A stretch of 64,000 nt of DNA, from the NCBI GenBank assembly GCA_049570475.1, contig CP186953.1, positions 1,152,001 through 1,216,000 on the forward strand, in the 5' to 3' direction. Made by a program: the position numbers and the translations under genes. Shown one piece after another: positions 45,661 through 55,238 of the stretch. Origin of the DNA: Candidatus Methanosuratincola verstraetei. Lineage in GTDB: Archaea; Thermoproteota; Methanomethylicia; Methanomethylicales; Methanomethylicaceae. Each line of letters begins with the position of its first letter. Position 1 is the first letter of the stretch. Under the pieces are notes generated by a model. That model did no database searches. It had not been told where the DNA came from and saw only the letters and a program-made list of their open reading frames with translations.

Positions 45661-48156
45661 TTGGGCGGTTACATGAACAGAATACTCCGCGTTGATCTCA
45701 CGACTGGGGAGATCTCTTCAGAAGAGCTTGATTTCGAAACTGCCGCGCAGTTCATAGGCGGCAGGGGATACGGGGCAAAAATCCTTTACGATGAGCTGAA
45801 GCCAGGCACCGATCCGCTCGGTCCGGACAACAAGCTCATATTCATGACTGGGCCCCTGACCGGGACCGCTGCCCCCACTTCGGGCAGGTTTTCTGTCTCG
45901 ACGAAGTCTCCTGCCACTGGGACAATATTCGACGCCAACAGCGGCGGATATTTCGGCGTCGAGCTGAAGCGGTCAGGCTATGACGGCATCATATTCGAGG
46001 GGAAGAGCAGCAAGCCCGTCTACCTCTCAATAATCAACGGCGAGGCCCGCCTCAACGACGCCTCAGCGCTCTGGGGCCTAGACACGACGCAGACCGAGGA
46101 CCGGCTCAAGCAGATCGTCGGGGATCCCTTGGCAAGGGTCGCGTGCATAGGGCCTGCGGGGGAGAGACTGGTCAAGATCGCGGCGATAATGAACGAGAAG
46201 CACAGGACTGCTGCGAGGGGCGGTGTCGGCGCGGTAATGGGCTCGAAGAACCTAAAGGCGATCGTCGTCAGGGGCAGGGCTGAGATACCGCTTGCAAACC
46301 GGTATGCGTTCATGAAGGAGGTCAAGAGGACAATCCAGGTGCTCAAGGGCCACCCGATAACCGGAGACGGGCTTGCCCGGTACGGCACCTCTGTGCTTGT
46401 CCACATCATAAACAAGGCGGGGATCTTCCCGGTGAGGAACTACAGCACAGGCGTATTCGAGGAAGCCGAGAAGGTGAGCGGGGAGTACATGTCCAAGACC
46501 ATCCTCCGTGGCAAGAAGGGGTGCTTCGCCTGCCCGATCATGTGCGGGAGGATCACCCAGCCAAGGCTCCCGACCGGAGAGACGATAGAGACAGAGGGCC
46601 CGGAGTACGAGACTGTTTGGGCGCTCGGGCCGAACTGCGGCATAAGCGACCTGAATGCGATAGCCGTGGCGAACGATCTCTGCAACAAGCTTGGCGTCGA
46701 CACGATATCGATGGGCCAGGCTATAGGGTTCCTGATGGCTTGCGCGGAGAAGGGCAAGGTCAAGCCCTCGGAGATCGGGATCGACGCAAAATTCGGCGAC
46801 ACCGAGGCCCTGCTCAAGCTGATCCGCATGACCGCTTACCGCGAGGGGATCGGGGACCTGCTGGCTGAGGGGACCCGCAGCGCTGCCAAGAAGCTCGAGG
46901 CTGATGACTTTGCGATCCACGTGAAGGGGCTCGAGCTGCCTGCATACGACCCGAGGGGGGTGAAGGGCATGGCACTGTCATATGCCACCTCGAACAGGGG
47001 CGGGTGCCACCTCAGAGCTTTCATGATAGTCCCGGAGATCCTCAGCATGCCGAGGTACCTGAACCCGAACTCGTACGACGACAAGGCCGCCCTAACAAAG
47101 GTAATGCAGGACGTCTTCGCGGTGCTGGACTCCCTCGTGCTTTGCAAGTACACGACTATGGCGCTCTTCAGCACCCTGGCATTCGAGCCGGACTTCTACG
47201 CCAGGCTGCTCACCTGCGCGACAGGCTTCTACGTGGACAGGGAGGAGTTCTACAGGATAGGCGAGCGCATTTACAACATCGAGCGCCTCTTCAACGTTAG
47301 GGAAGGCTTCAGCAGGAAGGACGATGCGCTGCCTAGGAGGTTCACCGAGGTCCCGATGCCCGACGGTCCGGCCAAGGGCGAGACGGTCGACATGGATAGG
47401 TTATTAAATGAGTACTATGCAGTGAGAGGCTGGGACTATAACGGTATACCGTCAAGCAAGAAGGTGCTGCAATTGGGTCTGAAGCCAGTTTACGAAGGTC
47501 CTCAGCTGCAGGTGGCAATAGACGAGCGCTACTTGAAGGATGCCATACCCATAGCCGAGAAGGCATACCGCGGTGGCGCCGAGATAATCGAGGCTGGGAC
47601 CCCGCTGATAAAGTCAGAGGGGCTCAACGCTGTGAGGTCCCTTAGGAAGGCCTGCCCCAACGCGACAATCCTGGCAGACCTCAAGACATTCGACACGGGC
47701 TGGCTCGAGACTGAGCTCGCTGTCGAGGCTGGGGCTGACATCGTCACTGTGATGGGCGCCACTGACGACTACACCATCTCTGACGCGGTCGGCGCTGCTA
47801 GGAAGTACAATGTCAAGGTGATGGTCGACCTGATGAACCTCAAGGATCCGCTCTCCAGGGCGCTCGAGGTCGAGAAGCTGGGCGTGGACATGGTCTGCAT
47901 GCACGTGGGCATAAGCGCCCAGTCGAGGGAGCGGGAGGTGGACCAGAAGGTCGCGCTGGTGCAGAACCTGGCGAGGAGCCTCAAGATCCCGGTCTCAGTC
48001 GCCGGCGGCATAAAGCTCGAGGTAGTGCCGCAGATGGTCAAGGCAGGGGCGCGCGTGCTGGTCGTCGGGGGCGCAATAACAAAGTCAGCGAACCCCGAAG
48101 AAGCGACAAAGCGCTTCGTCGAGGCCATAAGGTCAACTTGGGCAGCGATGAAGTGA
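45661..48156 (+). CDS. Tungsten aldehyde:ferredoxin oxidoreductase fused to a C-terminal 3-hexulose-6-phosphate synthase domain
   Basis: AOR motifs ILRVDLT, KSPATG, ARGGVGAVMGSKNLKA, CFACPIMC, GPEYET, D.LG.DTIS, NRGGCH, DSLVLCKY, YYAVRGWD; then HPS motifs LQVAID, IEAGTPLIK.EG, ADLKTFDTG, VAGGIK; TTG start after GGAGG. Confidence 0.92.
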   Translation: MGGYMNRILRVDLTTGEISSEELDFETAAQFIGGRGYGAKILYDELKPGTDPLGPDNKLIFMTGPLTGTAAPTSGRFSVSTKSPATGTIFDANSGGYFGVELKRSGYDGIIFEGKSSKPVYLSIINGEARLNDASALWGLDTTQTEDRLKQIVGDPLARVACIGPAGERLVKIAAIMNEKHRTAARGGVGAVMGSKNLKAIVVRGRAEIPLANRYAFMKEVKRTIQVLKGHPITGDGLARYGTSVLVHIINKAGIFPVRNYSTGVFEEAEKVSGEYMSKTILRGKKGCFACPIMCGRITQPRLPTGETIETEGPEYETVWALGPNCGISDLNAIAVANDLCNKLGVDTISMGQAIGFLMACAEKGKVKPSEIGIDAKFGDTEALLKLIRMTAYREGIGDLLAEGTRSAAKKLEADDFAIHVKGLELPAYDPRGVKGMALSYATSNRGGCHLRAFMIVPEILSMPRYLNPNSYDDKAALTKVMQDVFAVLDSLVLCKYTTMALFSTLAFEPDFYARLLTCATGFYVDREEFYRIGERIYNIERLFNVREGFSRKDDALPRRFTEVPMPDGPAKGETVDMDRLLNEYYAVRGWDYNGIPSSKKVLQLGLKPVYEGPQLQVAIDERYLKDAIPIAEKAYRGGAEIIEAGTPLIKSEGLNAVRSLRKACPNATILADLKTFDTGWLETELAVEAGADIVTVMGATDDYTISDAVGAARKYNVKVMVDLMNLKDPLSRALEVEKLGVDMVCMHVGISAQSREREVDQKVALVQNLARSLKIPVSVAGGIKLEVVPQMVKAGARVLVVGGAITKSANPEEATKRFVEAIRSTWAAMK

Positions 48157-48274
48157 CCATTCCCCCAAGCAGAGCCTCAATTTTTTTCCTTTCATTCCAA
48201 ATCAAAGCCGAAAAAGCAAACCGCCCTTTATGCACCTCTGGACGCCTGGCTCCACATCGTTCGCGCTTCAATGG

Positions 48275-48820
48275 TCATTTCTTGAGCGTCTCCCTGAGGG
48301 TCCTGCCGTGGCAGTCCATCGTCACGAAGCAAGGCCCGAAGCCCTCCACCTCGAGCACCCAGACGGCCTCTGGGTCCCCGAGCTCCCTCCAGTAAACTCC
48401 CTTTATCCCGACCACTGACCTCGCTGCCAGCGCACCCGCCCCCCCGGGGTACTCCGCATAGACCGCGTGGTGCTCTGAGAGCGCGCTGAGGGTTCCAGAT
48501 CCCATCCCACCTTTGCCGATTATGCACTTTGCCCCGGTCCTCGCGAGGATCTCCCCCTCGCTCCTTTCCATCCTCATGCTCGTGGTAGGTCCAGCCGAGA
48601 CCACCCTGCTCCCCTTTACTAGAGGCCCGCAGTGGTATATCACTCCGCCCCTGAGGTCGAAGGGCAGCCTCCCCCCTCCCCTGAGGATCTCAAGGGCCTT
48701 CAGGTGCGCCTGGTCCCTCATCGTGAATATCTCGCCAGTTATGTAAATGATATCGCCGACCTGAAGCTTTGAGACCTCCTGGTCGCCTATCTTTCCCCTG
48801 AGACTGTATGCTTTGCCCAA
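48275..48820 (-). CDS. Class I fumarate hydratase / tartrate dehydratase, beta subunit
   Basis: TMRDQAH, YHCGP, GPTTSMRM, IGKGGM, MDCHG. Confidence 0.9.
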   Translation of the reverse strand: MGKAYSLRGKIGDQEVSKLQVGDIIYITGEIFTMRDQAHLKALEILRGGGRLPFDLRGGVIYHCGPLVKGSRVVSAGPTTSMRMERSEGEILARTGAKCIIGKGGMGSGTLSALSEHHAVYAEYPGGAGALAARSVVGIKGVYWRELGDPEAVWVLEVEGFGPCFVTMDCHGRTLRETLKK

Positions 48821-48824
48821 GCCG

Positions 48825-49664
48825 TCACCTCCTTATCAAAACCCTGTCGCCTTCAGCCTCGAGGAAGACCCTCCTGAGCGCCCAGCACTGTATGCTCACA
48901 GCGACGGGTAGGCTTGCCGTGTGGCAGTCCGCAGCCTCCAGCCTGACCGCGAGCGCCGTGTTCTTGCCCCCGAACCCCATCGGGCCGATCCTGAGCGAGT
49001 TGATCTCCCTCAGCAGATCGCCTTCTAAATGCGACGAGAGAGCGTCCTCTGTTGGCTCGTCGAGCCTCCTCATCAGGGCGCGCTTGCTCAGTAACGCTGC
49101 GGCGTCGAGGCTCCCCCCGACGCCTACGCCCACGATGATCGGCGGGCAAGGCTTGGCGCCAGCCTTCCTGACAGTCTGGAGAACGAATTCCTTTATCCCC
49201 CCCACCGACTGGTCCGGGTCCAGCATCGTAGCGGCGCTGACATTCTCCGACCCGGCACCCTTGGCCAGTATGCCTATCCGCAGCCCCCCCTCCGGGCGCG
49301 GATCTATATGTATGATCGGGTTGCCCCTGCCCAAGTTGTTGCCTGTGTTCTTCCTTGAGAACGGATCGACTATGTTCGCCCTGAGGGGCACCGCCTCGGT
49401 TGCCATCGCGACCCCCTCCATGATTATCCTGCAGATCTCACTGCAGCATCCCTTGGCGCTCACAAAGAAGACCAGGCTCCCCGTGTCTTGGCAGATCGGG
49501 ACGCCCCCCTCCCTTGCGATCCTCACATTCTCGAGCATGGCCCCGAGGACTTCCCTGCTGATCCCCTCCTCCTCATCCCGGCAACGCGCGAGTGCCGCCT
49601 CTACATCAGGGGGCAGATCAGTTTCCATCAGCCTTATCGCTTCGGCTATGTCCTCAGCCCTCAT
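48825..49664 (-). CDS. Class I fumarate hydratase / tartrate dehydratase, alpha subunit
   Basis: PICQDTG, KGAGSEN, CPPIIVGVGVGG, GPMGFGG, HTASLPVAV..QCWA.R. Confidence 0.9.
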   Translation of the reverse strand: MRAEDIAEAIRLMETDLPPDVEAALARCRDEEEGISREVLGAMLENVRIAREGGVPICQDTGSLVFFVSAKGCCSEICRIIMEGVAMATEAVPLRANIVDPFSRKNTGNNLGRGNPIIHIDPRPEGGLRIGILAKGAGSENVSAATMLDPDQSVGGIKEFVLQTVRKAGAKPCPPIIVGVGVGGSLDAAALLSKRALMRRLDEPTEDALSSHLEGDLLREINSLRIGPMGFGGKNTALAVRLEAADCHTASLPVAVSIQCWALRRVFLEAEGDRVLIRR

Positions 49665-49712
49665 CTGCCAACATCGAAGATTTGATAAGCGCTCAAGTTA
49701 TAAAAAAGCAAT

Positions 49713-50213
49713 GTGGTCTGCTTGTCCACATACGACCTGCTCCACAAGTTCGAGGCCGAGGTCTCCCAGATAGTCCGCTACGTTTACTTTAGGAGCCTCC
49801 CCAGGGCCGAGCAGGACCTCTCGGTCCTGAAGAACAAGCTGAACGGGACAGGCGAGCTGGGGAGGGGCTTCTACGACGCCGTCAGGGGCATATACAACTG
49901 CGCTAAGGAGAGGGATTCTGCCTCGCTCTACATCAAGCTCTACAGGAAAGGGGAACCGCAGGAGATAAGCGCCCTCTCCGAGAAGTTCAGGAACGAGGCA
50001 TACAGGCCGACCATAGACGACTATGAGAGGGGCTTCCTGATAGCCTGGGAAATAGCGGCAAAGACCCTTGCCTTCCTGAAGGAGAGCTACCCTGAATATC
50101 CGCTCAACAGCGAGCCGCAGGAGAAGAAAAAGCAACAGGAGGCGGGCGAAGATGTCTTCGAGGTAGCCCCTCGTAAGAAAGCTAAGGAAGAGCGGAAGGG
50201 TAAAGAAGGTTGA
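49713..50213 (+). CDS. Hypothetical protein
   Basis: ORF with host-like codon usage, divergent from the fumarase pair; family not recognised. Confidence 0.65.
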   Translation: MVCLSTYDLLHKFEAEVSQIVRYVYFRSLPRAEQDLSVLKNKLNGTGELGRGFYDAVRGIYNCAKERDSASLYIKLYRKGEPQEISALSEKFRNEAYRPTIDDYERGFLIAWEIAAKTLAFLKESYPEYPLNSEPQEKKKQQEAGEDVFEVAPRKKAKEERKGKEG

Positions 50214-50496
50214 TCGAGATCACCCATGTCGAGAACCAGAGCAGGAAGTAAGAAAAGATCCCCGTCATGTAGTACTTATTCTTGTCCGGAATGCCCCTGA
50301 AGGTGCCGAAGCTCTTTAGGAACACGTACGAGGCAAGGTAGACCGCAACCCCGACCGCGATCCCCAGTTCGCCCCTGATGTTCAGGCCGCCCGTGACAAG
50401 ACCGCCGATAACTGCAAATAGCACCCTGATGTAATACATCCTCCTGTAGAGGCCCTCGGGCTTAGGAGCTGATTGTTTTGAAGTCTGGGATGACAT
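50182..50496 (-). CDS. Small three-TM protein, EMC6/Rab5-interacting-like
   Basis: R...A..GG...G.L..G..G...Y then G..SY.LLW...W....N pattern; start may be ATG 50439. Confidence 0.6.
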   Translation of the reverse strand: MSSQTSKQSAPKPEGLYRRMYYIRVLFAVIGGLVTGGLNIRGELGIAVGVAVYLASYVFLKSFGTFRGIPDKNKYYMTGIFSYFLLWFSTWVISINLLYPSALP

Positions 50497-52424
50497 CGTT
50501 GGACATCCTCGCTATCGTAAGTGAACTCAACTCCACCTTAATAAGCGCTCGCGTTGACAACGTATACCAAGTCGAGGGTTCCATGCTTGTATTCCGCATC
50601 CATGCCCATCCCGCATCCCGTGACCTGGTCTTCGACCCTCAGCGGAGGCTCAACCTCACGCACTTCAAGTACCCTGTGCCTGAGAGGCCTACCCCGACTG
50701 CGGTGAACCTGCGGCGATACCTGGCTGGAGCCAAGGTGCTGAGGTTCGAGCAGCTCGACTTTGACCGTATAGCCATAATGGTGTTGGATAGGGGTGGCGA
50801 ACAGTACTCGGCGTACTTCGAGATCTTCGGTGACGGGAATCTTCTCATAACTGACAAGGACGGCGTGATCAGGTTCGCCCTCCACCAGCGGGAGATGAAG
50901 GACAGAGTGCTCAGGGTCGGAGTGCCGTACAAGCCGCCCCCGAGGCGGGGCCTCGATGTTGCCCTTGATCAAATCCCGTTCGGGGATTTGAAAGCCTCTA
51001 AGCACCCCGTCTCCAGGGCGCTCACCAGGGTCCTCAACCTCCCCTCCGAGCTCGTCGAGGAGGGCCTCGCAAGGTCAGGCGTACCTCCTGATCGCCCCTC
51101 GGACGCCGTGACGGAAGCCGAGATCGCCGCCTTCAGGTCTTCCGTCCTCTCTGTCCTTGAGGAGGTCCGATCGGGGAGGCTGAAGCCCACGATAATCGAT
51201 CAGGGCGGGAAGCCGTACACTGTCGTACCTGTGGATTTCGTGTCGATCGCGGGCGATCGTCGGCATTTCAGCACATTCAACGAGGCAGCCGACGTCTACT
51301 TCGGGGGGATCGTCCTTGAGCAGGCAGGCGACAGGCGGAAGGCGAGGGTCGAGGAGGAGATAAAGGGCCTCGAGGCGATCAGGTCGAGGCAGCTTGAACA
51401 CATAGCCGAGCTTGAGAAGCGGCGGGCAGAGTCGTTGGAGAAGGGGAAGCTAATCATGGCAAACCTCCCCGCCTTCCAGTCGCTCGTAAATCGGGTGCTG
51501 AGGGAGAGGAGATCGGGGACGGACTGGGGATCGATACGGTCTCTCGACTCCAACATAAGGGAGGTAGACGGGGCGGCGGGTACCCTCGTCTACTCGATCG
51601 GCGGGAAAGAATTGGTGATAGACTTCAAGCTCTCTGCTGCGGAAAATGCAGAGCGCTACTTCTCGGAGTCGAAGGAGGCATCGCGGAAGCTGGAGGGGCT
51701 CAGGAAGGCCCTCGAGGAGAGCGAAAGGAAGATCGAGGAGGCTAAGAAGGGTCTCTTGGCGATACCCAAGCCGACCTTCCTGAGGGCGATGAGCAAGGAG
51801 TGGTACGAGAAGTTCAGGTGGATGTACTCTTCGGACGGGTTCCTGATCATAGGCGGCAAGGACGCTAGCCAGAATGAGATCCTGGTGAAGAAGCACTTGG
51901 AACCTACTGACATCTTCGCCCACGCAGACCTCCCTGGCGGCTCCGTGGTGGTGGTCAAGTCCGGGGGCAAGGAGATCCCGGATAGGACAAAGGCTGAGGC
52001 TGCCGCATTCGCTGTGGCATTCTCCAGGGCATGGAAGGCGGGCATAGGCGTCGCTGACGGATACTGGGTACGCCCTGACCAGGTCACCAAGGCGCCCCCC
52101 TCAGGGGAGTACCTTGGCAAGGGGGCATTCATGATATACGGGGAGAGGAACTATGTGAGGAACATCCCGCTCGAGATCCAGATCGGGATCATCCTCTCAG
52201 ATGGCGAGTACAAGGTGATCGCTGGCGTAGGCGAATTCGTCCGCTCAAGGGCAAGCCTTTGGGTGAGCCTCAGGCCCGGCGAGCTGGAGGGAAAGCGCCT
52301 TGCCTTGGCAATAAAGGATAGGCTGGGGAGGCAGGCGGGTCTCGACTTGAAGGAAAAGGTTGCCGCCATCCCCGAGTCAGACATACTGAACGTGATCCCC
52401 CCAGGCGGGTGCGCCCTGATCTGA
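50478..52424 (+). CDS. rqcH: Ribosome quality control protein Rqc2/NEMF (RqcH)
   Basis: MTSLDI, EQLDFDRI, EIFGDGN, WYEKFRW, GGKDASQNE, HADLPG, SGEYLGKGAFMIYGERN. Confidence 0.92.
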   Translation: MKSGMTSLDILAIVSELNSTLISARVDNVYQVEGSMLVFRIHAHPASRDLVFDPQRRLNLTHFKYPVPERPTPTAVNLRRYLAGAKVLRFEQLDFDRIAIMVLDRGGEQYSAYFEIFGDGNLLITDKDGVIRFALHQREMKDRVLRVGVPYKPPPRRGLDVALDQIPFGDLKASKHPVSRALTRVLNLPSELVEEGLARSGVPPDRPSDAVTEAEIAAFRSSVLSVLEEVRSGRLKPTIIDQGGKPYTVVPVDFVSIAGDRRHFSTFNEAADVYFGGIVLEQAGDRRKARVEEEIKGLEAIRSRQLEHIAELEKRRAESLEKGKLIMANLPAFQSLVNRVLRERRSGTDWGSIRSLDSNIREVDGAAGTLVYSIGGKELVIDFKLSAAENAERYFSESKEASRKLEGLRKALEESERKIEEAKKGLLAIPKPTFLRAMSKEWYEKFRWMYSSDGFLIIGGKDASQNEILVKKHLEPTDIFAHADLPGGSVVVVKSGGKEIPDRTKAEAAAFAVAFSRAWKAGIGVADGYWVRPDQVTKAPPSGEYLGKGAFMIYGERNYVRNIPLEIQIGIILSDGEYKVIAGVGEFVRSRASLWVSLRPGELEGKRLALAIKDRLGRQAGLDLKEKVAAIPESDILNVIPPGGCALI

Positions 52425-52509
52425 TGCGGATCGGGCCAAACGCCAACCATCCGCCGCCTTTACTATACTATAAATATCAGGAAAAACAAAGATTAAACCG
52501 GGGCTATAA

Positions 52510-53064
52510 ATGGTCGGCATCCGAGCTCGAGTTCTAGTTGCTGATGTGATGACCAGGGACCTCGTGACGCTCTCAGAGACATCAACCGCGAAAGAAGTTG
52601 CTGTTGCGATGAGCGGAAAGTCTGTCGGCTCAGTGGTGATCACCAAGGAAGGGCACCCTTCGGGAATAATCACGGAGAAGGACCTGGTTGAGCGGGTGAT
52701 CGCACGAGGGAGGGACCCTGAAAGGACCCTTGCGAGGGAAATCATGTCATCGCCTGTTTCCGTGATAGACCCCAGGGCAGATGCGATGGAGGCGGCGAGG
52801 AAGATGGCGAAGCTCGGCATAAGGCGCCTTGTAGTCGTAGACAAGGGGAAGATGGTGGGCATAGTGACTTCGAGGGACATACTCTCCACGGCGCCTGAGC
52901 TGATGGAAGTGCTCGCCGATGCTGCCAGGAACAGGATCATGCCATCGAAGAAGGGGGAGAGCATGGCCGGCTTCTGCGACAACTGCGAGGAATGGTCTGA
53001 GAGCCTGGAGGAGGTAGATGGGCACTTCCTCTGCGAGGTCTGCAGGAACGATATGGCGCCATGA
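52510..53064 (+). CDS. CBS-pair protein with C-terminal zinc ribbon
   Basis: GIITEKD and GIVTSRD CBS motifs; CDNC...CEVC. Confidence 0.9.
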   Translation: MVGIRARVLVADVMTRDLVTLSETSTAKEVAVAMSGKSVGSVVITKEGHPSGIITEKDLVERVIARGRDPERTLAREIMSSPVSVIDPRADAMEAARKMAKLGIRRLVVVDKGKMVGIVTSRDILSTAPELMEVLADAARNRIMPSKKGESMAGFCDNCEEWSESLEEVDGHFLCEVCRNDMAP

Positions 53065-53161
53065 TCGATCGACATGCGCGTCTGCGCCTTTGGGAGCGCT
53101 GAGTGGGGAACCATTCGGATATGGGATGCCGTTATAGCCGCTGGCGGAGGTAGTTGGAAAT

Positions 53162-54004
53162 ATGAAAGTTGGCGAATTGATGCGAAGTCCAGTTGTTACA
53201 GTCTCGAAAAACGACACTGTTGCGAGGGCAAGGAATTTGATGCTGAGGGAGATGGTGAGCAGGCTGGTAGTTGTGGAAGGGAATTCCCCCACGGGGATCC
53301 TGACCAAGAAGGACCTCGTGAGGGACTTGGCCAGCTACAAGATGCGCAACAGGGAGTTGGATTCGATAATGGTCCTTGAAATCATGAGGACCCCTGTGAA
53401 GGTGATCCAGGAAAGCGCGAGTGTGGAGGAGGCTGCGAAAGCGATGGTCAAGGCTAACATAAGGGGGCTTCCGGTGGTGGACTCGGGCGGCAGCCTGGTC
53501 GGGATAATAACCAAGACAGACATTACTTCGTATTACTTGCAGACGCAAAAAGGGGCGCATACTGTGGGGGAGATCGCAAGGAAGATTGATCAGACCCCAG
53601 TCGTTAAGAGGACGCATTCATTCTACCGGGTGGTGGACATGATGGAGGAGTATTCTGCCGACCGGGTCATTGTCGAGGAGGGCGGGAGGCCTGTCGGGAT
53701 CATAACCGAAACAGACCTGTCGTTCCTCAGGCCATACAGGGGATCCGAGCCCTTCATCAAGGGAACCGCAATGAAGTCTGAGGAACCTTGGCCGACAAGG
53801 CTCTACCAGCTCCCGACAGCGGAGTCGTTGATGACTGTTGAGCCAATCACTGTCGAAGCAGACCAAGACGCAGCCGAGGCCGCGAGTGCGCTCCTGGAGA
53901 ACGGCATAGGCGGGATGCCCGTGGTCAACAAAGAATATGAGCTGGTCGGGATGATCACGAAATTCGACTTTGTGAAGGCGATAGCGAGGGAGGGATCTGC
54001 ATGA
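53162..54004 (+). CDS. Four-CBS-domain protein
   Basis: GILTKKD, GIITKTD, GIITETD, GMITKFD. Confidence 0.9.
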   Translation: MKVGELMRSPVVTVSKNDTVARARNLMLREMVSRLVVVEGNSPTGILTKKDLVRDLASYKMRNRELDSIMVLEIMRTPVKVIQESASVEEAAKAMVKANIRGLPVVDSGGSLVGIITKTDITSYYLQTQKGAHTVGEIARKIDQTPVVKRTHSFYRVVDMMEEYSADRVIVEEGGRPVGIITETDLSFLRPYRGSEPFIKGTAMKSEEPWPTRLYQLPTAESLMTVEPITVEADQDAAEAASALLENGIGGMPVVNKEYELVGMITKFDFVKAIAREGSA

Positions 54005-54804
54005 AACTGACCGACATAGCAACGAAGGACGCGCCAGCCTTGAACAAGAACCGGCCCCTGCTGGACGCCTTGGACTTGATGGACAAGCAAGGGCTGGAGA
54101 GCATATGCGTCTCGGACGACGGCAAGATTGTGGGCTACCTCTCATACGCCGACATACTGACTAAGATAGGGACCCAGCGGCTGAGGGCAGTCTCGCCGGG
54201 GTCGCTCTACATCTCCGGATTCATGAGCAGTTTCCCAGCCACCGTCTCGAACGACACATCTGTGAGGAAGGCGGCTAAGCTGATGTTGGAGCTGAATGCC
54301 GACCTTCTGCCGATGTTCTATGGGGATATGTTCTTGGGCGCCGTCTACAGATCGAGCTTGGTGAAGGCAGTGCAGGACAGGGAAGTGGACACGGCCCAAC
54401 TCATGCGGAGGAAATTCCCGTCTGTCAGATCCAGCGATCGCGCAATACACGCAAGGAAGCTCATTTTGGAAAGCGGGACCCCAGTGATCCCGGTTCTCAA
54501 CGATGACGGTCGGTACCTTGGCGCAGTGACAAGGGGGGCCCTCCTCAAGGCGCTCGTGGACTTCCACATGTATGTCCCGGAGAAGCACCAGAAGGCTAGG
54601 ATAAGGCAACTCTCTATCTCAAACGTGATGAAGGTTGACTACCCGTCGATTGGCGAGGAGTCCACCCTGGGGGATGCAGTAAGGAAGATCTTGGCCGAGC
54701 GGTGCCCTGGCGTTGTCGTTGTGAACGGCCTCAGCCCCGTCGGGATAGTCACGACGGACGAGATCCTCGCCTTCATCGTCAACACATTCCCAGAGGAGCA
54801 ATAG
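54001..54804 (+). CDS. Four-CBS-domain protein (divergent)
   Basis: GYLSYAD, GAVTRGA, GIVTTDE; ATGA overlap with the upstream gene. Confidence 0.85.
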   Translation: MKLTDIATKDAPALNKNRPLLDALDLMDKQGLESICVSDDGKIVGYLSYADILTKIGTQRLRAVSPGSLYISGFMSSFPATVSNDTSVRKAAKLMLELNADLLPMFYGDMFLGAVYRSSLVKAVQDREVDTAQLMRRKFPSVRSSDRAIHARKLILESGTPVIPVLNDDGRYLGAVTRGALLKALVDFHMYVPEKHQKARIRQLSISNVMKVDYPSIGEESTLGDAVRKILAERCPGVVVVNGLSPVGIVTTDEILAFIVNTFPEEQ

Positions 54805-54806
54805 GA

Positions 54807-55238
54807 TTGCGGTTCGTCGCCGATGCGATGCTCGGCAAGCTTGCAAGGTGGCTGAGGATCATCGGCTACGACACCGAGTACCTGCCCTCGGCTGGGGACG
54901 ACGAGCTTATATCCGCCGCCGAGGGCGGTGGGCGCCTCCTCCTCACCAGGGACAGCGAGCTCTTCAGGCGGGCCGTGAGGCGTGGCGTCCCCGCCATCCT
55001 GATAAAGTCCACAACAATAGTCGGGGAGCTGTCTGAGATCGCCCGCACACTAGGGCTCAAGCCTTCTGGGGAGACCAGGTGCCCCCTCTGCAACGCGCTC
55101 CTGGTCGAGGGCGGGGAGGGCCAGGGCGTGCCGGCGAGGGGAGAGATCTGGGAGTGCCCCAGGTGCAGAAAGTTTTATTGGCACGGCACCCACTGGTTGA
55201 AGATAAACGAGACTCTTGAAGCCTCTGGCTTAAGGTGA
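54807..55238 (+). CDS. Mut7-C (PIN-fold) RNase domain protein with zinc ribbon
   Basis: RFVADAMLGKLARWLRIIGYDT, LLTRD, RCPLCN, CPRCRKFYW.G.HW; TTG start 54807. Confidence 0.9.
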   Translation: MRFVADAMLGKLARWLRIIGYDTEYLPSAGDDELISAAEGGGRLLLTRDSELFRRAVRRGVPAILIKSTTIVGELSEIARTLGLKPSGETRCPLCNALLVEGGEGQGVPARGEIWECPRCRKFYWHGTHWLKINETLEASGLR

